Positions 36,033 through 44,481 of a DNA stretch of 64,000 bases are shown one piece after another. The stretch is from an uncultured virus (IMG/VR IMGVR_UViG_3300029288_000003). Its lineage: Duplodnaviria > Heunggongvirae > Uroviricota > Caudoviricetes. Under the pieces are notes generated by a model. It saw only the letters and a program-made list of their open reading frames with translations, was not told where the DNA came from and searched no databases. The position numbers were made by a program, and so were the translations under genes. The DNA lies in IMG/VR virus record IMGVR_UViG_3300029288_000003. One strand, written 5' to 3'. The stretch's first letter is position 1; the number at the start of each line of letters is the position of its first letter.

Positions 36033-36086
36033 TCATAAGTATTCTTTTGTCTTTTTGATTTCGCCAAATTAACCAACTTCTTGAAT

Positions 36087-36103
36087 TGCAAAAACCGTAC
36101 CAA
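36087..36103 (-). promoter_or_regulatory. Sigma-54-type promoter facing the primase gene
   Basis: Minus strand TTGGTACGGTTTTTGCA. Confidence 0.45.
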
Positions 36104-36369
36104 AAATCAGTTAGGTAATTTTGAAACGCAAATGTGTTATTTTTAGCTTTGGAAGAGTTCTCTTATACAAAAAGAAAAATTTTTCTCTCGCGTAGTAAAA
36201 CTTTTTCTTGTGAGAAATACATTTTTAAGTTTCAATTTGCTATAAGTATTTTTGATGCTAGTTACTAACGTGAAGATTCACATATTGTTATAACAATTGA
36301 AACGCAAAGTTAAGTCCGGGGGGTGTGCGGACTTTTGGCGAAATCCAAACATACAAATATCGCTTTTGC

Positions 36370-36437
36370 GTTTCAAAAGTCAATTTCAAATTTTCTACTT
36401 GTTTTTTACCGCGTCAAAACAGTCTATTATAGTAGAG
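36370..36437. repeat. 68-bp inverted repeat, right arm (contains a TTTACC-N17-TATAGT promoter-like element)
   Basis: GTTTCAAAAGTCAATTTCAAATTTTCTACTTGTTTTTTACCGCGTCAAAACAGTCTATTATAGTAGAG. Confidence 0.95.
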
Positions 36438-36444
36438 GGAAGAC

Positions 36445-36732
36445 ATGCATGGTACACCGAGAATTTTAGATGATGGAACAATTATTTACCCGAAGAAGGG
36501 AAAGGAACCGCCACCATGCTTAGAAGGGTATCGCCGGAAGGCTGAGCAAGGCCCGGATGCTTGGATACTTATTCCATTATGGCGTGATTGTGACTTTAGA
36601 CAGCAAGTATTACGACGACGAGAAGATTGTAATTGTGAAATGTTAGTGAATGTTTGTGGACATCCTTTAGGTCAAAATCTTGAACTTACGATTTCGATTT
36701 GTGAATCTTGTATTTTATGGCAGAGAAGTTAG
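36445..36732 (+). CDS. Cys-rich small protein, homologous to the middle of the 27748 protein
   Basis: IIY....EPP.C..GY...W..C...C...C..C pattern shared. Confidence 0.55.
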   Translation: MHGTPRILDDGTIIYPKKGKEPPPCLEGYRRKAEQGPDAWILIPLWRDCDFRQQVLRRREDCNCEMLVNVCGHPLGQNLELTISICESCILWQRS

Positions 36733-37679
36733 CAAATTTGTCGGTTGATTTATTAGTTCCTACTTTTGTACTCTTGCGATTAGTTGATAAAACATCGTTA
36801 GATTACATTGAAATGCGGGACTCTATGGCCGCACACGGCTTTTTCGGCACAATTTGTGTCCGACCTTCTAAGCGGCAGCCAGGAAAATATGAGATAATTG
36901 ACGGTTTGCATCGTTATTGCTGCGCTGTTGATTGCGGGATAAAAGAAGTTCCTTGTATTATTAAAGAAGCTACGGATGCTGAGGTTAAAAATTGGCAAAT
37001 ACAGGCAAATATTATTCGACGCGAGACGGCAAATTCTGATTATGCGGCTCGATTGAAAATGTTATTCATTGAAAATCCTGAATTGACAATGGAAATATTA
37101 GCTGTGGAATTACATTGCCGACCAGCAAAAATTCAAGCCATTTTGCGATTAAATAGGTTAATTCCAAAAGCAAAACAACACTTAGATATTGGAGAATTAC
37201 CTATTACATCCGCTTATTCATTAGCGAAACTTCCTAAGAAGTTACAAGAGGATTTATTAGAAAAGGCTTTAACGCTGAGTGTGCGTGAGTTTATTCAAAT
37301 AAGTAACGGGTATAGAAAAGCCTATCAAGAAGCAGTAAATGAAGGGCGATTACAAAAGTATCTATATTTGCCAGTAAAACCAAAACCGCATCTGCGAACA
37401 TTTAAAATGGTTCGTAATGAATATGAGCATTTAACAGCGGGTAAAATTTTGGTAAAAGATTCAGAAAAACTTGAGGTCTGGAAGCTGGCTTTGGCATGGG
37501 TTTTGCAGTTAGATTCCTTATCACAGCAAGAAATACAAAAAAAGGCGGATAAACGAGCAGACAGTGACCGACAACGAATTGCCAGCCGTAAAAAAGATTT
37601 AGATAGGCGGCTGCGAAGTAAAGCGAGTAAGATGGGGGCGGACCCCGATGACGACGATATGATAGAAGTTGTTATCTAG
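36717..37679 (+). CDS. ParB/Sulfiredoxin-like protein
   Basis: I.VRP.....KYEIIDGLHR, VPCII, QANIIR, then an HTH-like region. Confidence 0.8.
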   Translation: MAEKLANLSVDLLVPTFVLLRLVDKTSLDYIEMRDSMAAHGFFGTICVRPSKRQPGKYEIIDGLHRYCCAVDCGIKEVPCIIKEATDAEVKNWQIQANIIRRETANSDYAARLKMLFIENPELTMEILAVELHCRPAKIQAILRLNRLIPKAKQHLDIGELPITSAYSLAKLPKKLQEDLLEKALTLSVREFIQISNGYRKAYQEAVNEGRLQKYLYLPVKPKPHLRTFKMVRNEYEHLTAGKILVKDSEKLEVWKLALAWVLQLDSLSQQEIQKKADKRADSDRQRIASRKKDLDRRLRSKASKMGADPDDDDMIEVVI

Positions 37680-37715
37680 TTTTAGTTTCTATAACCATGT
37701 TTGAGGAGTATTGTT

Positions 37716-38453
37716 ATGAGTAATGAGTTAGCTACTGTGAATTTGGAGCAGCTACCAGCGGTAGGTGTCAACGCTGCAAGCGATTTGCTTTGTGAGTTGA
37801 CAAAGAGTAGTGAATTTTTTGATCGAATTCAATTGTATAGCAAAGGTAGCGCAATTGATAAGGACTTAATTCGTCCAGGGCATTTTGGTGTTCCAAGTGG
37901 CGAAGAGAGTATTCAAGATTTGGGCACAGAAATTGATATTCTGCCCTTAGTGTGCCGAGCAAAGGCACTTGATTTGAGTGATCGTGATGCGATTGTAACA
38001 AATTACGATCCGACTTCGGAAGCATTTAGGGCGATCAAGGAACGAGCGTCAATTCAGAATTCTGGTTGTATGTATGGATTGACTTTTCTAGTGTTTGAAC
38101 GAAGCACAGGGCGATTTTATGAATTGTTCTGCGGTGTGAATAAGTCAATGCGAATGGAATCCAAGAAGATTACTATTTTCCTCCCTTTGACAGAGGCCGA
38201 TGCGACTAGCCTAGAGGAAAAGGATGGGGTCAAGCGTGAATCACATAGTTCTCTGCCTTGTACCTTAAAGACAAAGTATGTAACAAAGAGGAACTATGGA
38301 TGGCACGTTCCGGTATGTGTGCAATGTTCGACGCCGTTTACAAACTTGCCGCCAATTGAGCGCATCCAGGCGGAAATTAACAAGTTTATGAGCCTATCAA
38401 ACACGGAAGTTGAAAAGGTAGAAGAAGCCCAGACGACACGGCGGGCGCGATAA
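37716..38453 (+). CDS. Hypothetical replication/recombination protein (possible SSB)
   Basis: Strong RBS, downstream terminator, replication context; no diagnostic motif recognised. Confidence 0.4.
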   Translation: MSNELATVNLEQLPAVGVNAASDLLCELTKSSEFFDRIQLYSKGSAIDKDLIRPGHFGVPSGEESIQDLGTEIDILPLVCRAKALDLSDRDAIVTNYDPTSEAFRAIKERASIQNSGCMYGLTFLVFERSTGRFYELFCGVNKSMRMESKKITIFLPLTEADATSLEEKDGVKRESHSSLPCTLKTKYVTKRNYGWHVPVCVQCSTPFTNLPPIERIQAEINKFMSLSNTEVEKVEEAQTTRRAR

Positions 38454-38468
38454 GTTGTTGGTGGTATG

Positions 38469-38508
38469 CCAGGATTGAAGTGGGGCACTTCAATCCTGGT
38501 AGGTTGTT
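38469..38508 (+). terminator. Stem-loop terminator
   Basis: CCAGGATTGAAGTG-ggg-CACTTCAATCCTGG. Confidence 0.65.
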
Positions 38509-38521
38509 TAGGAGAAATCAC

Positions 38522-38773
38522 ATGGATATTTTATATGGTCGTGTAATTAGAGTGGGTGATATTTGGACCTCTAATGGCGACGGCTATCTTTTAATGAGAA
38601 GCGAACGAACAACATTTACAGTTAATATTGTTGGGTCCGCTGACCGTGAAAATGAGACTAAGATAATTTTACGAACTGTAAAGTATGTTAGTCAATTAGT
38701 TGGTCGGAAGATAAAGGTAACTGGAAAACTTAGGGGTGTAAGTATCACTGCTAAAGTTATTGAGGAGATTTAA
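38522..38773 (+). CDS. Small OB-fold-like protein
   Basis: LVGRKIKVTGKL pattern; AGGAG RBS. Confidence 0.4.
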   Translation: MDILYGRVIRVGDIWTSNGDGYLLMRSERTTFTVNIVGSADRENETKIILRTVKYVSQLVGRKIKVTGKLRGVSITAKVIEEI

Positions 38774-38929
38774 TATGGGTAAAGATCGAACGTATCAATT
38801 TAATATGAAGAACGGTCAACTCATAAGCGTACAGGAAGTGAGTAATGAAGATTCAGTGGCATCATCCTTACCATTGGATACTTCGAGTAATCCTACTAGG
38901 GATGATGAACAGTGTTTGGAGGACAAATA

Positions 38930-39115
38930 ATGTCTACGTTAGTTACAGTGCTGGTAGCGTATTACCTCGGCGGTGGCACTACTCTTCTTTTGAATGAGTT
39001 GGATGACACTGGTGATGGTATCCAAGTGGCTGATGTGGTATCAGTCGTGGCATGGCCGGTGACGGCTCTTGCTTTAATTGTCAAGAAGATTCAGGATTAT
39101 CGAAAGGGAACCTAA
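38930..39115 (+). CDS. Small membrane protein
   Basis: Hydrophobic, AYYLGG...WP. Confidence 0.5.
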   Translation: MSTLVTVLVAYYLGGGTTLLLNELDDTGDGIQVADVVSVVAWPVTALALIVKKIQDYRKGT

Positions 39116-39285
39116 TGAAAAAGACGCTGATACGTTATGGGGTTCCTTTGGCCGCATTTTGGACTGGCGGCATGGCAACGATTCTGATTGATGTGCATAG
39201 TAAGATTGGTGAACTTCCTCTTGATCTTGTGTATCAAGTCGCTAAGTGGCCATACTATGCCGTGTTGTATCTTTTCGGTGGGTAA
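39115..39285 (+). CDS. Small membrane protein, paralog-like to the preceding gene
   Basis: AFWTGG...WP. Confidence 0.5.
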   Translation: MKKTLIRYGVPLAAFWTGGMATILIDVHSKIGELPLDLVYQVAKWPYYAVLYLFGG

Positions 39286-39308
39286 AACTCATCAGCCCTT
39301 CGGGGCGT

Positions 39309-39381
39309 AGCGGGGTGGAGCAGTTGGTAGCTCGGCTGGCTCATAACCAGCAGGTCGCAGGTTCGAGTCCTGCCCCCGCCA
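39309..39381 (+). tRNA. tRNA-Met (CAT), initiator-like
   Basis: Full cloverleaf: AGCGGGG/CCCCGCC-A, D-stem GAGC/GCTC, anticodon arm GCTGG-CTCATAA-CCAGC, T arm GCAGG-TTCGAGT-CCTGC; CCA not encoded. Confidence 0.95.
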
Positions 39382-39404
39382 TTTCATTTTGTAAAGGGGG
39401 TTTT

Positions 39405-39797
39405 ATGAGATATGTTCTAACATTGATTTTGTTGTGTATTACACAAATTGGCTATGGGCAAGTGGTCGTTAGTGACCAAGTACCAATGCCTATAAAGTAT
39501 CCTGCCGAAGTCTATAAAATGACTGACGCCGAGTTTTTCCAATGGGCAACTGATTTTAATAAGAAACAAGTTGCTGATTTGGAAACTCGTAGAAAACAAA
39601 TAACTGAGCCACGTTATTATTACGGAACTCAAGTACGGCAGGAAGGGTTATTTAACAACTATAAAGCTAACGATTCTCGGTCATACAGCCGACAAACAAC
39701 TATTTATTCAAAGCAATGGTCAAACTCAAATTATGTTGGCCCAGGACCATTGACAATTGTTAATCCATACTGTCGGCCAACAAAGGTAGAAAAATGA
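39405..39797 (+). CDS. Secreted hypothetical protein
   Basis: Signal peptide MRYVLTLILLCITQIGYG. Confidence 0.55.
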   Translation: MRYVLTLILLCITQIGYGQVVVSDQVPMPIKYPAEVYKMTDAEFFQWATDFNKKQVADLETRRKQITEPRYYYGTQVRQEGLFNNYKANDSRSYSRQTTIYSKQWSNSNYVGPGPLTIVNPYCRPTKVEK

Positions 39798-40309
39798 AAG
39801 AACGAACTGCAACCTTTTGTGGCTATGTCTTGTTTATTACGATTTTCCTATCGGTGGTTGTTGGCATTGTAAGTTTAATACGTTCACGGACAGCCGACCC
39901 GGTAGTTGATGATACTAATATGGCTCCTGTTACTGTAGAAGCACATATAGGAACTAATACAACTCCACCTATATTGTATGTACAAGTACATATTAAAAAA
40001 GGGCATCATATTTATTCCATCAATGCTAAAACCCCGGAACCAATTAGAACATTATTGGTTGTAGAGCCTAGTCCTGAATTTGGAGTAACAGGCGATTGGT
40101 TTACCATAACTAAACCCAAGACTGTAACTATTCCAGGGTTTGGTGAACTTGAAGAACATGCGTATGGCGCTCTTTTTGGATTACATATTAACCCGTTAGT
40201 TGATATAAAAACTTTAAAAATAAAAGGGTCAATTACGGTTGCTCCGTGTAATGATGAGCGCTGTTATTTACCAGAGAAAATTCCATTTGAAGCCACGGTT
40301 GTAGAATAA
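39794..40309 (+). CDS. Membrane-anchored DsbD N-terminal-like domain protein
   Basis: TM helix; V.IKKGHHIYS; C-terminal PCNDERCYLP. Confidence 0.65.
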   Translation: MKERTATFCGYVLFITIFLSVVVGIVSLIRSRTADPVVDDTNMAPVTVEAHIGTNTTPPILYVQVHIKKGHHIYSINAKTPEPIRTLLVVEPSPEFGVTGDWFTITKPKTVTIPGFGELEEHAYGALFGLHINPLVDIKTLKIKGSITVAPCNDERCYLPEKIPFEATVVE

Positions 40310-40311
40310 TT

Positions 40312-40536
40312 ATGACATTGGGCTGGGTTGGTAATATTCTTATTCTTGTTGCCTTGTGGCAAACTGGTTGCAAGAATAAGACAGGGTGGTTGTGGAGTAT
40401 TGCTGGTAATACAGTTTGGAGTTATTATGCAATAAGATTGCAGATGTGGGACATGCTGTTTGTGGATTTAACTGCATTATTTTTAGCGGTCTATAATTGG
40501 CAGAAATGGAGAAAAGATGCCAAAGCGACGACGTGA
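40312..40536 (+). CDS. Small PnuC/PQ-loop-like membrane protein
   Basis: Three short TM segments, GW...GN..W, YNWQKW. Confidence 0.5.
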   Translation: MTLGWVGNILILVALWQTGCKNKTGWLWSIAGNTVWSYYAIRLQMWDMLFVDLTALFLAVYNWQKWRKDAKATT

Positions 40537-41194
40537 AAGACAAGCAGAACGTGAACAAACTAGAACAACATTAACTTTTGAGTTTCGTACAGAGAAACAA
40601 CAATGTGCCAGTGAGGTCTATCAAGCAAATGATATTATTTTTCTTGCAGGACCGGCTGGTACAGGCAAGACATTTTTAGCAATGGCGTTTGCGATTCAAG
40701 ATATTTTACAGAGGAAACGGAATAAGATTATCTTGACTCGGCCAATTGTTGAGGCAGGAGAATCCCTTGGATTTTTACCCGGTGATTTTACTGAAAAGGT
40801 TAATCCATACATGGTGCCATTGTATGATTGCTACCATGCTCTTTGCCCTGGTATAACGCTTCGTAATAAATGGATTGAACAGGCATTTGAAGTTGCTCCG
40901 CTGGCGTACATGCGTGGGCGCACATTCAATAATGCTGTGTGTATTTTTGATGAGGCACAAAATGCCACCAAATCACAACTCAAGTTATTTTTAAGCCGAT
41001 TTGGATTAAATTCAAAAATCATTATTACAGGCGACCCTAATCAGTCGGATTTAGGGAAGTCGGGTGGTTTTACAAATGTTATGTCGAGTCTTGACGGATT
41101 AGATGGTGTCGGAATTGTGCGTTTCTCTGATCTTGATATTGTTCGCCATTCACTTGTTTCAGCCGTATTAGCACGACTTGAAGAAGGGGTTTGA
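40517..41194 (+). CDS. phoH: PhoH-like ATPase
   Basis: GPAGTGKTFLA, LGFLPG, YMRGRTF, DEAQN, ITGD..QSD. Confidence 0.95.
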   Translation: MPKRRRERQAEREQTRTTLTFEFRTEKQQCASEVYQANDIIFLAGPAGTGKTFLAMAFAIQDILQRKRNKIILTRPIVEAGESLGFLPGDFTEKVNPYMVPLYDCYHALCPGITLRNKWIEQAFEVAPLAYMRGRTFNNAVCIFDEAQNATKSQLKLFLSRFGLNSKIIITGDPNQSDLGKSGGFTNVMSSLDGLDGVGIVRFSDLDIVRHSLVSAVLARLEEGV

Positions 41195-41195
41195 T

Positions 41196-41552
41196 ATGCT
41201 TGAAAAACCAGTTACAATTTCAAGTTTAATTGAGGACTCGCATCAAACTGCAATAGAAAAAGGATGGTGGGATACTTTAGATAAAGTTAGAAATTTCGGT
41301 GAGCAGTTGATGCTAATGGTTACAGAGTTGTCGGAAGTAATGGAGGACTACCGAATACATGGTATTGATGAGCATAGTCTACTGCGTATTGAAAATGGTA
41401 AACCCGAAGGTATTGCTGCCGAGTTTGCCGATGTTTTGATTCGATTGACTGATACGTGTGGTAGGTATAATATACCATTAGAAGAGGCCCTTATATTAAA
41501 AGCTGAATACAACCGTCATCGACCCTATCGGCACGGAGGAAAATTAGCGTGA
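41196..41552 (+). CDS. MazG-like NTP pyrophosphohydrolase
   Basis: TELSEVME, EFADVLIR, K..YN..RPY.HG. Confidence 0.8.
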   Translation: MLEKPVTISSLIEDSHQTAIEKGWWDTLDKVRNFGEQLMLMVTELSEVMEDYRIHGIDEHSLLRIENGKPEGIAAEFADVLIRLTDTCGRYNIPLEEALILKAEYNRHRPYRHGGKLA

Positions 41553-42052
41553 ATCCCAGTGCTATCCTGATTTTACAGCCGCAATTTAATCAAGGTCTTT
41601 TTTTGACTTTGTGTAAAGATATGCTAGGTGAATCGCCAGCAAGATCGGCGGATGCTGAGGGTTTACGGGGATTATCCCACCTAATAGCGGTACTACGAGA
41701 CTTTAGTGGCAAACCTGAAACCGATGTTTACAATTTACTACAATTCGGTTGTCTTATGGCAGCAGATGAACGGGATACGCCATTACTATTAGAGGCTCTT
41801 TCTGGTATGCAATTTGCACTGACGGACACTGTGATTCGTGGTGTTCATGCTATTGTTGTAAGCGGAACTTTGAGTCAGTGGATTCAAGCGGTGTCAAAAG
41901 GATGCCGAAAAGAACAAACGACGGCGGTTAGATACTGTTTTGATAAGATTTATATGTGCTTTTGCCAACAGGGTTTAGCATCAGTTTTCAATTGTGTAAA
42001 GCATGATTTACCGGATCATACGTTTTATTTAACTGAGGAAAAGAGGAGATAA
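41549..42052 (+). CDS. Hypothetical protein, possibly a degenerate ThyX-like fold
   Basis: IVVSGTLSQW resembles the ThyX C-terminal motif; the RHRxxS signature is absent. Confidence 0.3.
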   Translation: MNPSAILILQPQFNQGLFLTLCKDMLGESPARSADAEGLRGLSHLIAVLRDFSGKPETDVYNLLQFGCLMAADERDTPLLLEALSGMQFALTDTVIRGVHAIVVSGTLSQWIQAVSKGCRKEQTTAVRYCFDKIYMCFCQQGLASVFNCVKHDLPDHTFYLTEEKRR

Positions 42053-42054
42053 CA

Positions 42055-42273
42055 ATGGTTTTTGATAACGATGATTTTGATATTGATGATTTTGACGAAT
42101 TCGACGAGGATGACGATTGGGGTTATGATGATGAATATGAAGATGATGAATACGATCCTGATTTGGACGACGATGAATTTGAAGGATTGATTGATGAAGC
42201 GATGGCTGATGAGGACGACGACTGGGACGATGACGATGACGACTGGGACGATGACGATTGGGATGATGAATAA
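42055..42273 (+). CDS. Highly acidic small protein
   Basis: 72 aa, mostly Asp/Glu, no Lys/Arg; AGGAG RBS. Confidence 0.7.
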   Translation: MVFDNDDFDIDDFDEFDEDDDWGYDDEYEDDEYDPDLDDDEFEGLIDEAMADEDDDWDDDDDDWDDDDWDDE

Positions 42274-44285
42274 TGGGAATTGCATTAAATACACCGACCG
42301 CAATTAAACTTATTACTGAGACACAATCTGGTACTCGGATTAAAACTCCGGCTACCATTTTAGTGACCCCAGCACGTATTGAATTTTTGAAATCGCCTTT
42401 TTCATTAAAAGACGAAATTAAAGCGATGCGAAGTGCAAGGTGGCATGGTTTTGATGACCCACCCAGAAAGATTTGGTCGGTTGAAAATTGTACACGCAAT
42501 TGGTTTCAATTACAAGTGATGATGGGTGAAAATCCATACGCTTGGTTTGATAGGCAGATTCAAAATTTTGACTATGAACGCCCGCTTCGTTTGCATCAAA
42601 AAGATATGGCTGATGCGGGTTTAACCTACCACTATCAAATTTTTGGAGCGGAAATGGGTTTAGGTAAGACTCTCTCTGCTATTGAAGTGATGGAAAAATC
42701 TGGAAAACGCTTGTGGTGGTGGGTTGGTCCCAAATCGGGTCTATATGCTGTGGAACGTGAATTTAAGAAATGGGAAGTTAGTTCTAATCTTGAAATTGAG
42801 TTGATGACGTATGAGGGCTTGGTAAAACGCATGGGACTTTGGAAGCCCGGCGACCCGGCTCCAATGGGTGTAATATTTGATGAAATTAGTCGAGCTAAGA
42901 CTGCCAAGACACAACGAACCCAAGCGGCCCAAGCCTTGGCCGATGGTGTCCGTAAAGATTGGGGCATGGAAGGTTTTGTTATTGGAATGTCTGGTACACC
43001 GTCGCCAAAATCACCTGTTGATTGGTGGGCACCATGCGAGATTGTTTGGCCTGGATTCTTACGAGAAGGTGATGCCGATACATTTAAATTTAGATTAGGT
43101 ATCCATCGTAAAGAGGAAGGGGCGATGGGTAACGCCTTTTGGCAATTAGTCAATTGGCGTGATGATGAGCATAAGTGCGATATATGTGGTGAGCTAGAAG
43201 ATGAAGGAAAACATACACATCTTATTGGTACAGAGTTGACAGGTGTGGAAGATGGAATACATGATTTTAAACCATCCAAAAATGAGGTCGCATATTTAAG
43301 TGAGCGTCTTAAAGGTTTGGTGATAGTTAAGCAAAAGAAGGATTGTCTTGATTTGCCAGAAAAACAATATCGACAGGTCTATTGCAAACCTTCACCCGCA
43401 ACACTTCGCGTAGCTTCATCATTGATGAAAGCGTCACCAAATACAATTACAGGCTTGACTCGGTTGCGCGAATTAAGTGATGGTTTTCAGTATCGAGATA
43501 AAGTTGTTGGTAAAGAACGCTGTCCAATATGTTCGGGAACCTGTAAAAATACTTATTGGGTTGATCCAGAAGATGCTGAACGGGCTTTTACAATGACAGA
43601 CATGCTCGACCCTGAGTATGTTGCGACATTGGTTAAGACTGAATTGACTTGTGTTTCATGTAATGGAACGGGAGAAGTAGATAAAATCGAGCGTACTGTA
43701 AAAGAAGTACCTTGTCCAAAAGAAGAGGCATTAGTTAATCTGCTTGATGAGAATGAAGAAACTGGCCGGTTGGTTGTATTTGCAGGATTTACTGGTTCAG
43801 TTGACAGAGTAACTAAGGCTTGTTTAAAACATGGATGGGATGTGGTGCGTGTTGATGGTCGTGGTTGGTTAGTTTATCGGGCCGATGGACAGTCAACAAG
43901 TGATGCCCCGTTAGATTACTGGGCAGCAGTTGATAAACATCCACGAGTTTGTTTTGTTGCCCATCCTAAATCAGGTGGGTTAAGTTTGACATTAGTAGAG
44001 TCGCGGATGGCTGTTTATTATTCAAATGACTATAACCCTGAATCCCGTTCTCAGAGTGAAGATCGTATTCATCGTATGGGGATGGATGAGAATAAGGGGG
44101 CAACGATTGTAGACCTTCTACATTTGCCAACGGATGAGAAGGTATTAAATGTTTTACGTGATAATCGACGACTTGAATTGATGTCAATGGGTGAATTTCA
44201 AGAATGCTTTGAAGGGCTTGATGATGATGTTGAAAGCGAAGAAGAAGAAGAAAGACCCCAGCCATCCACTTCGGTCGTTGGCTAA
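42273..44285 (+). CDS. SNF2-family helicase
   Basis: EMGLGKT, FDEIS, SGTP, QSEDRIHRMG; CxxCxGxG-type insertion. Confidence 0.9.
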   Translation: MGIALNTPTAIKLITETQSGTRIKTPATILVTPARIEFLKSPFSLKDEIKAMRSARWHGFDDPPRKIWSVENCTRNWFQLQVMMGENPYAWFDRQIQNFDYERPLRLHQKDMADAGLTYHYQIFGAEMGLGKTLSAIEVMEKSGKRLWWWVGPKSGLYAVEREFKKWEVSSNLEIELMTYEGLVKRMGLWKPGDPAPMGVIFDEISRAKTAKTQRTQAAQALADGVRKDWGMEGFVIGMSGTPSPKSPVDWWAPCEIVWPGFLREGDADTFKFRLGIHRKEEGAMGNAFWQLVNWRDDEHKCDICGELEDEGKHTHLIGTELTGVEDGIHDFKPSKNEVAYLSERLKGLVIVKQKKDCLDLPEKQYRQVYCKPSPATLRVASSLMKASPNTITGLTRLRELSDGFQYRDKVVGKERCPICSGTCKNTYWVDPEDAERAFTMTDMLDPEYVATLVKTELTCVSCNGTGEVDKIERTVKEVPCPKEEALVNLLDENEETGRLVVFAGFTGSVDRVTKACLKHGWDVVRVDGRGWLVYRADGQSTSDAPLDYWAAVDKHPRVCFVAHPKSGGLSLTLVESRMAVYYSNDYNPESRSQSEDRIHRMGMDENKGATIVDLLHLPTDEKVLNVLRDNRRLELMSMGEFQECFEGLDDDVESEEEEERPQPSTSVVG

Positions 44286-44481
44286 AGCAGTAAGTTGGGA
44301 AACTATTTCACTGGTCTTGACCATGTTAATAGCTTATCCATTTACACATAGTATTTGTTCGAGTGTTGAGTTAGCACTTGCTTGTTTAGCGATAAAGATA
44401 ATTTTCTATTATCACCATGAGCGGGTGTGGCATCAAATTGATTGGGGTAAAATTAACGGAGAGAATAACAATGAAACGTGA
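44191..44481 (+). CDS. DUF2061-like membrane protein
   Basis: RSLAKAVSW...K...YY.HERVW..I.WG. Confidence 0.7.
   Translation: MNFKNALKGLMMMLKAKKKKKDPSHPLRSLAKAVSWETISLVLTMLIAYPFTHSICSSVELALACLAIKIIFYYHHERVWHQIDWGKINGENNNET

Noticed and set aside
36400..36421. NifA upstream activator sequence
   Set aside because: Spacing is TGT-N16-ACA, not TGT-N10-ACA.
39246..39404. 5' extension of the 39246 ORF
   Set aside because: It overlaps the tRNA; the likely start is ATG 39405, which begins a signal peptide.
41549..42052. Functional thymidylate synthase ThyX
   Set aside because: The RHRxxS signature is absent; only weak C-terminal resemblance.
42025..42499. Minus-strand His/Arg-rich and Ile/Val-rich ORFs
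   Set aside because: Antisense shadows of the GAT/GAC-rich acidic gene.
42635..43279. Long antisense ORFs (also 16662, 17181, 53131, 55797, 60825)
   Set aside because: They lie opposite well-supported genes and show no motifs or RBS.
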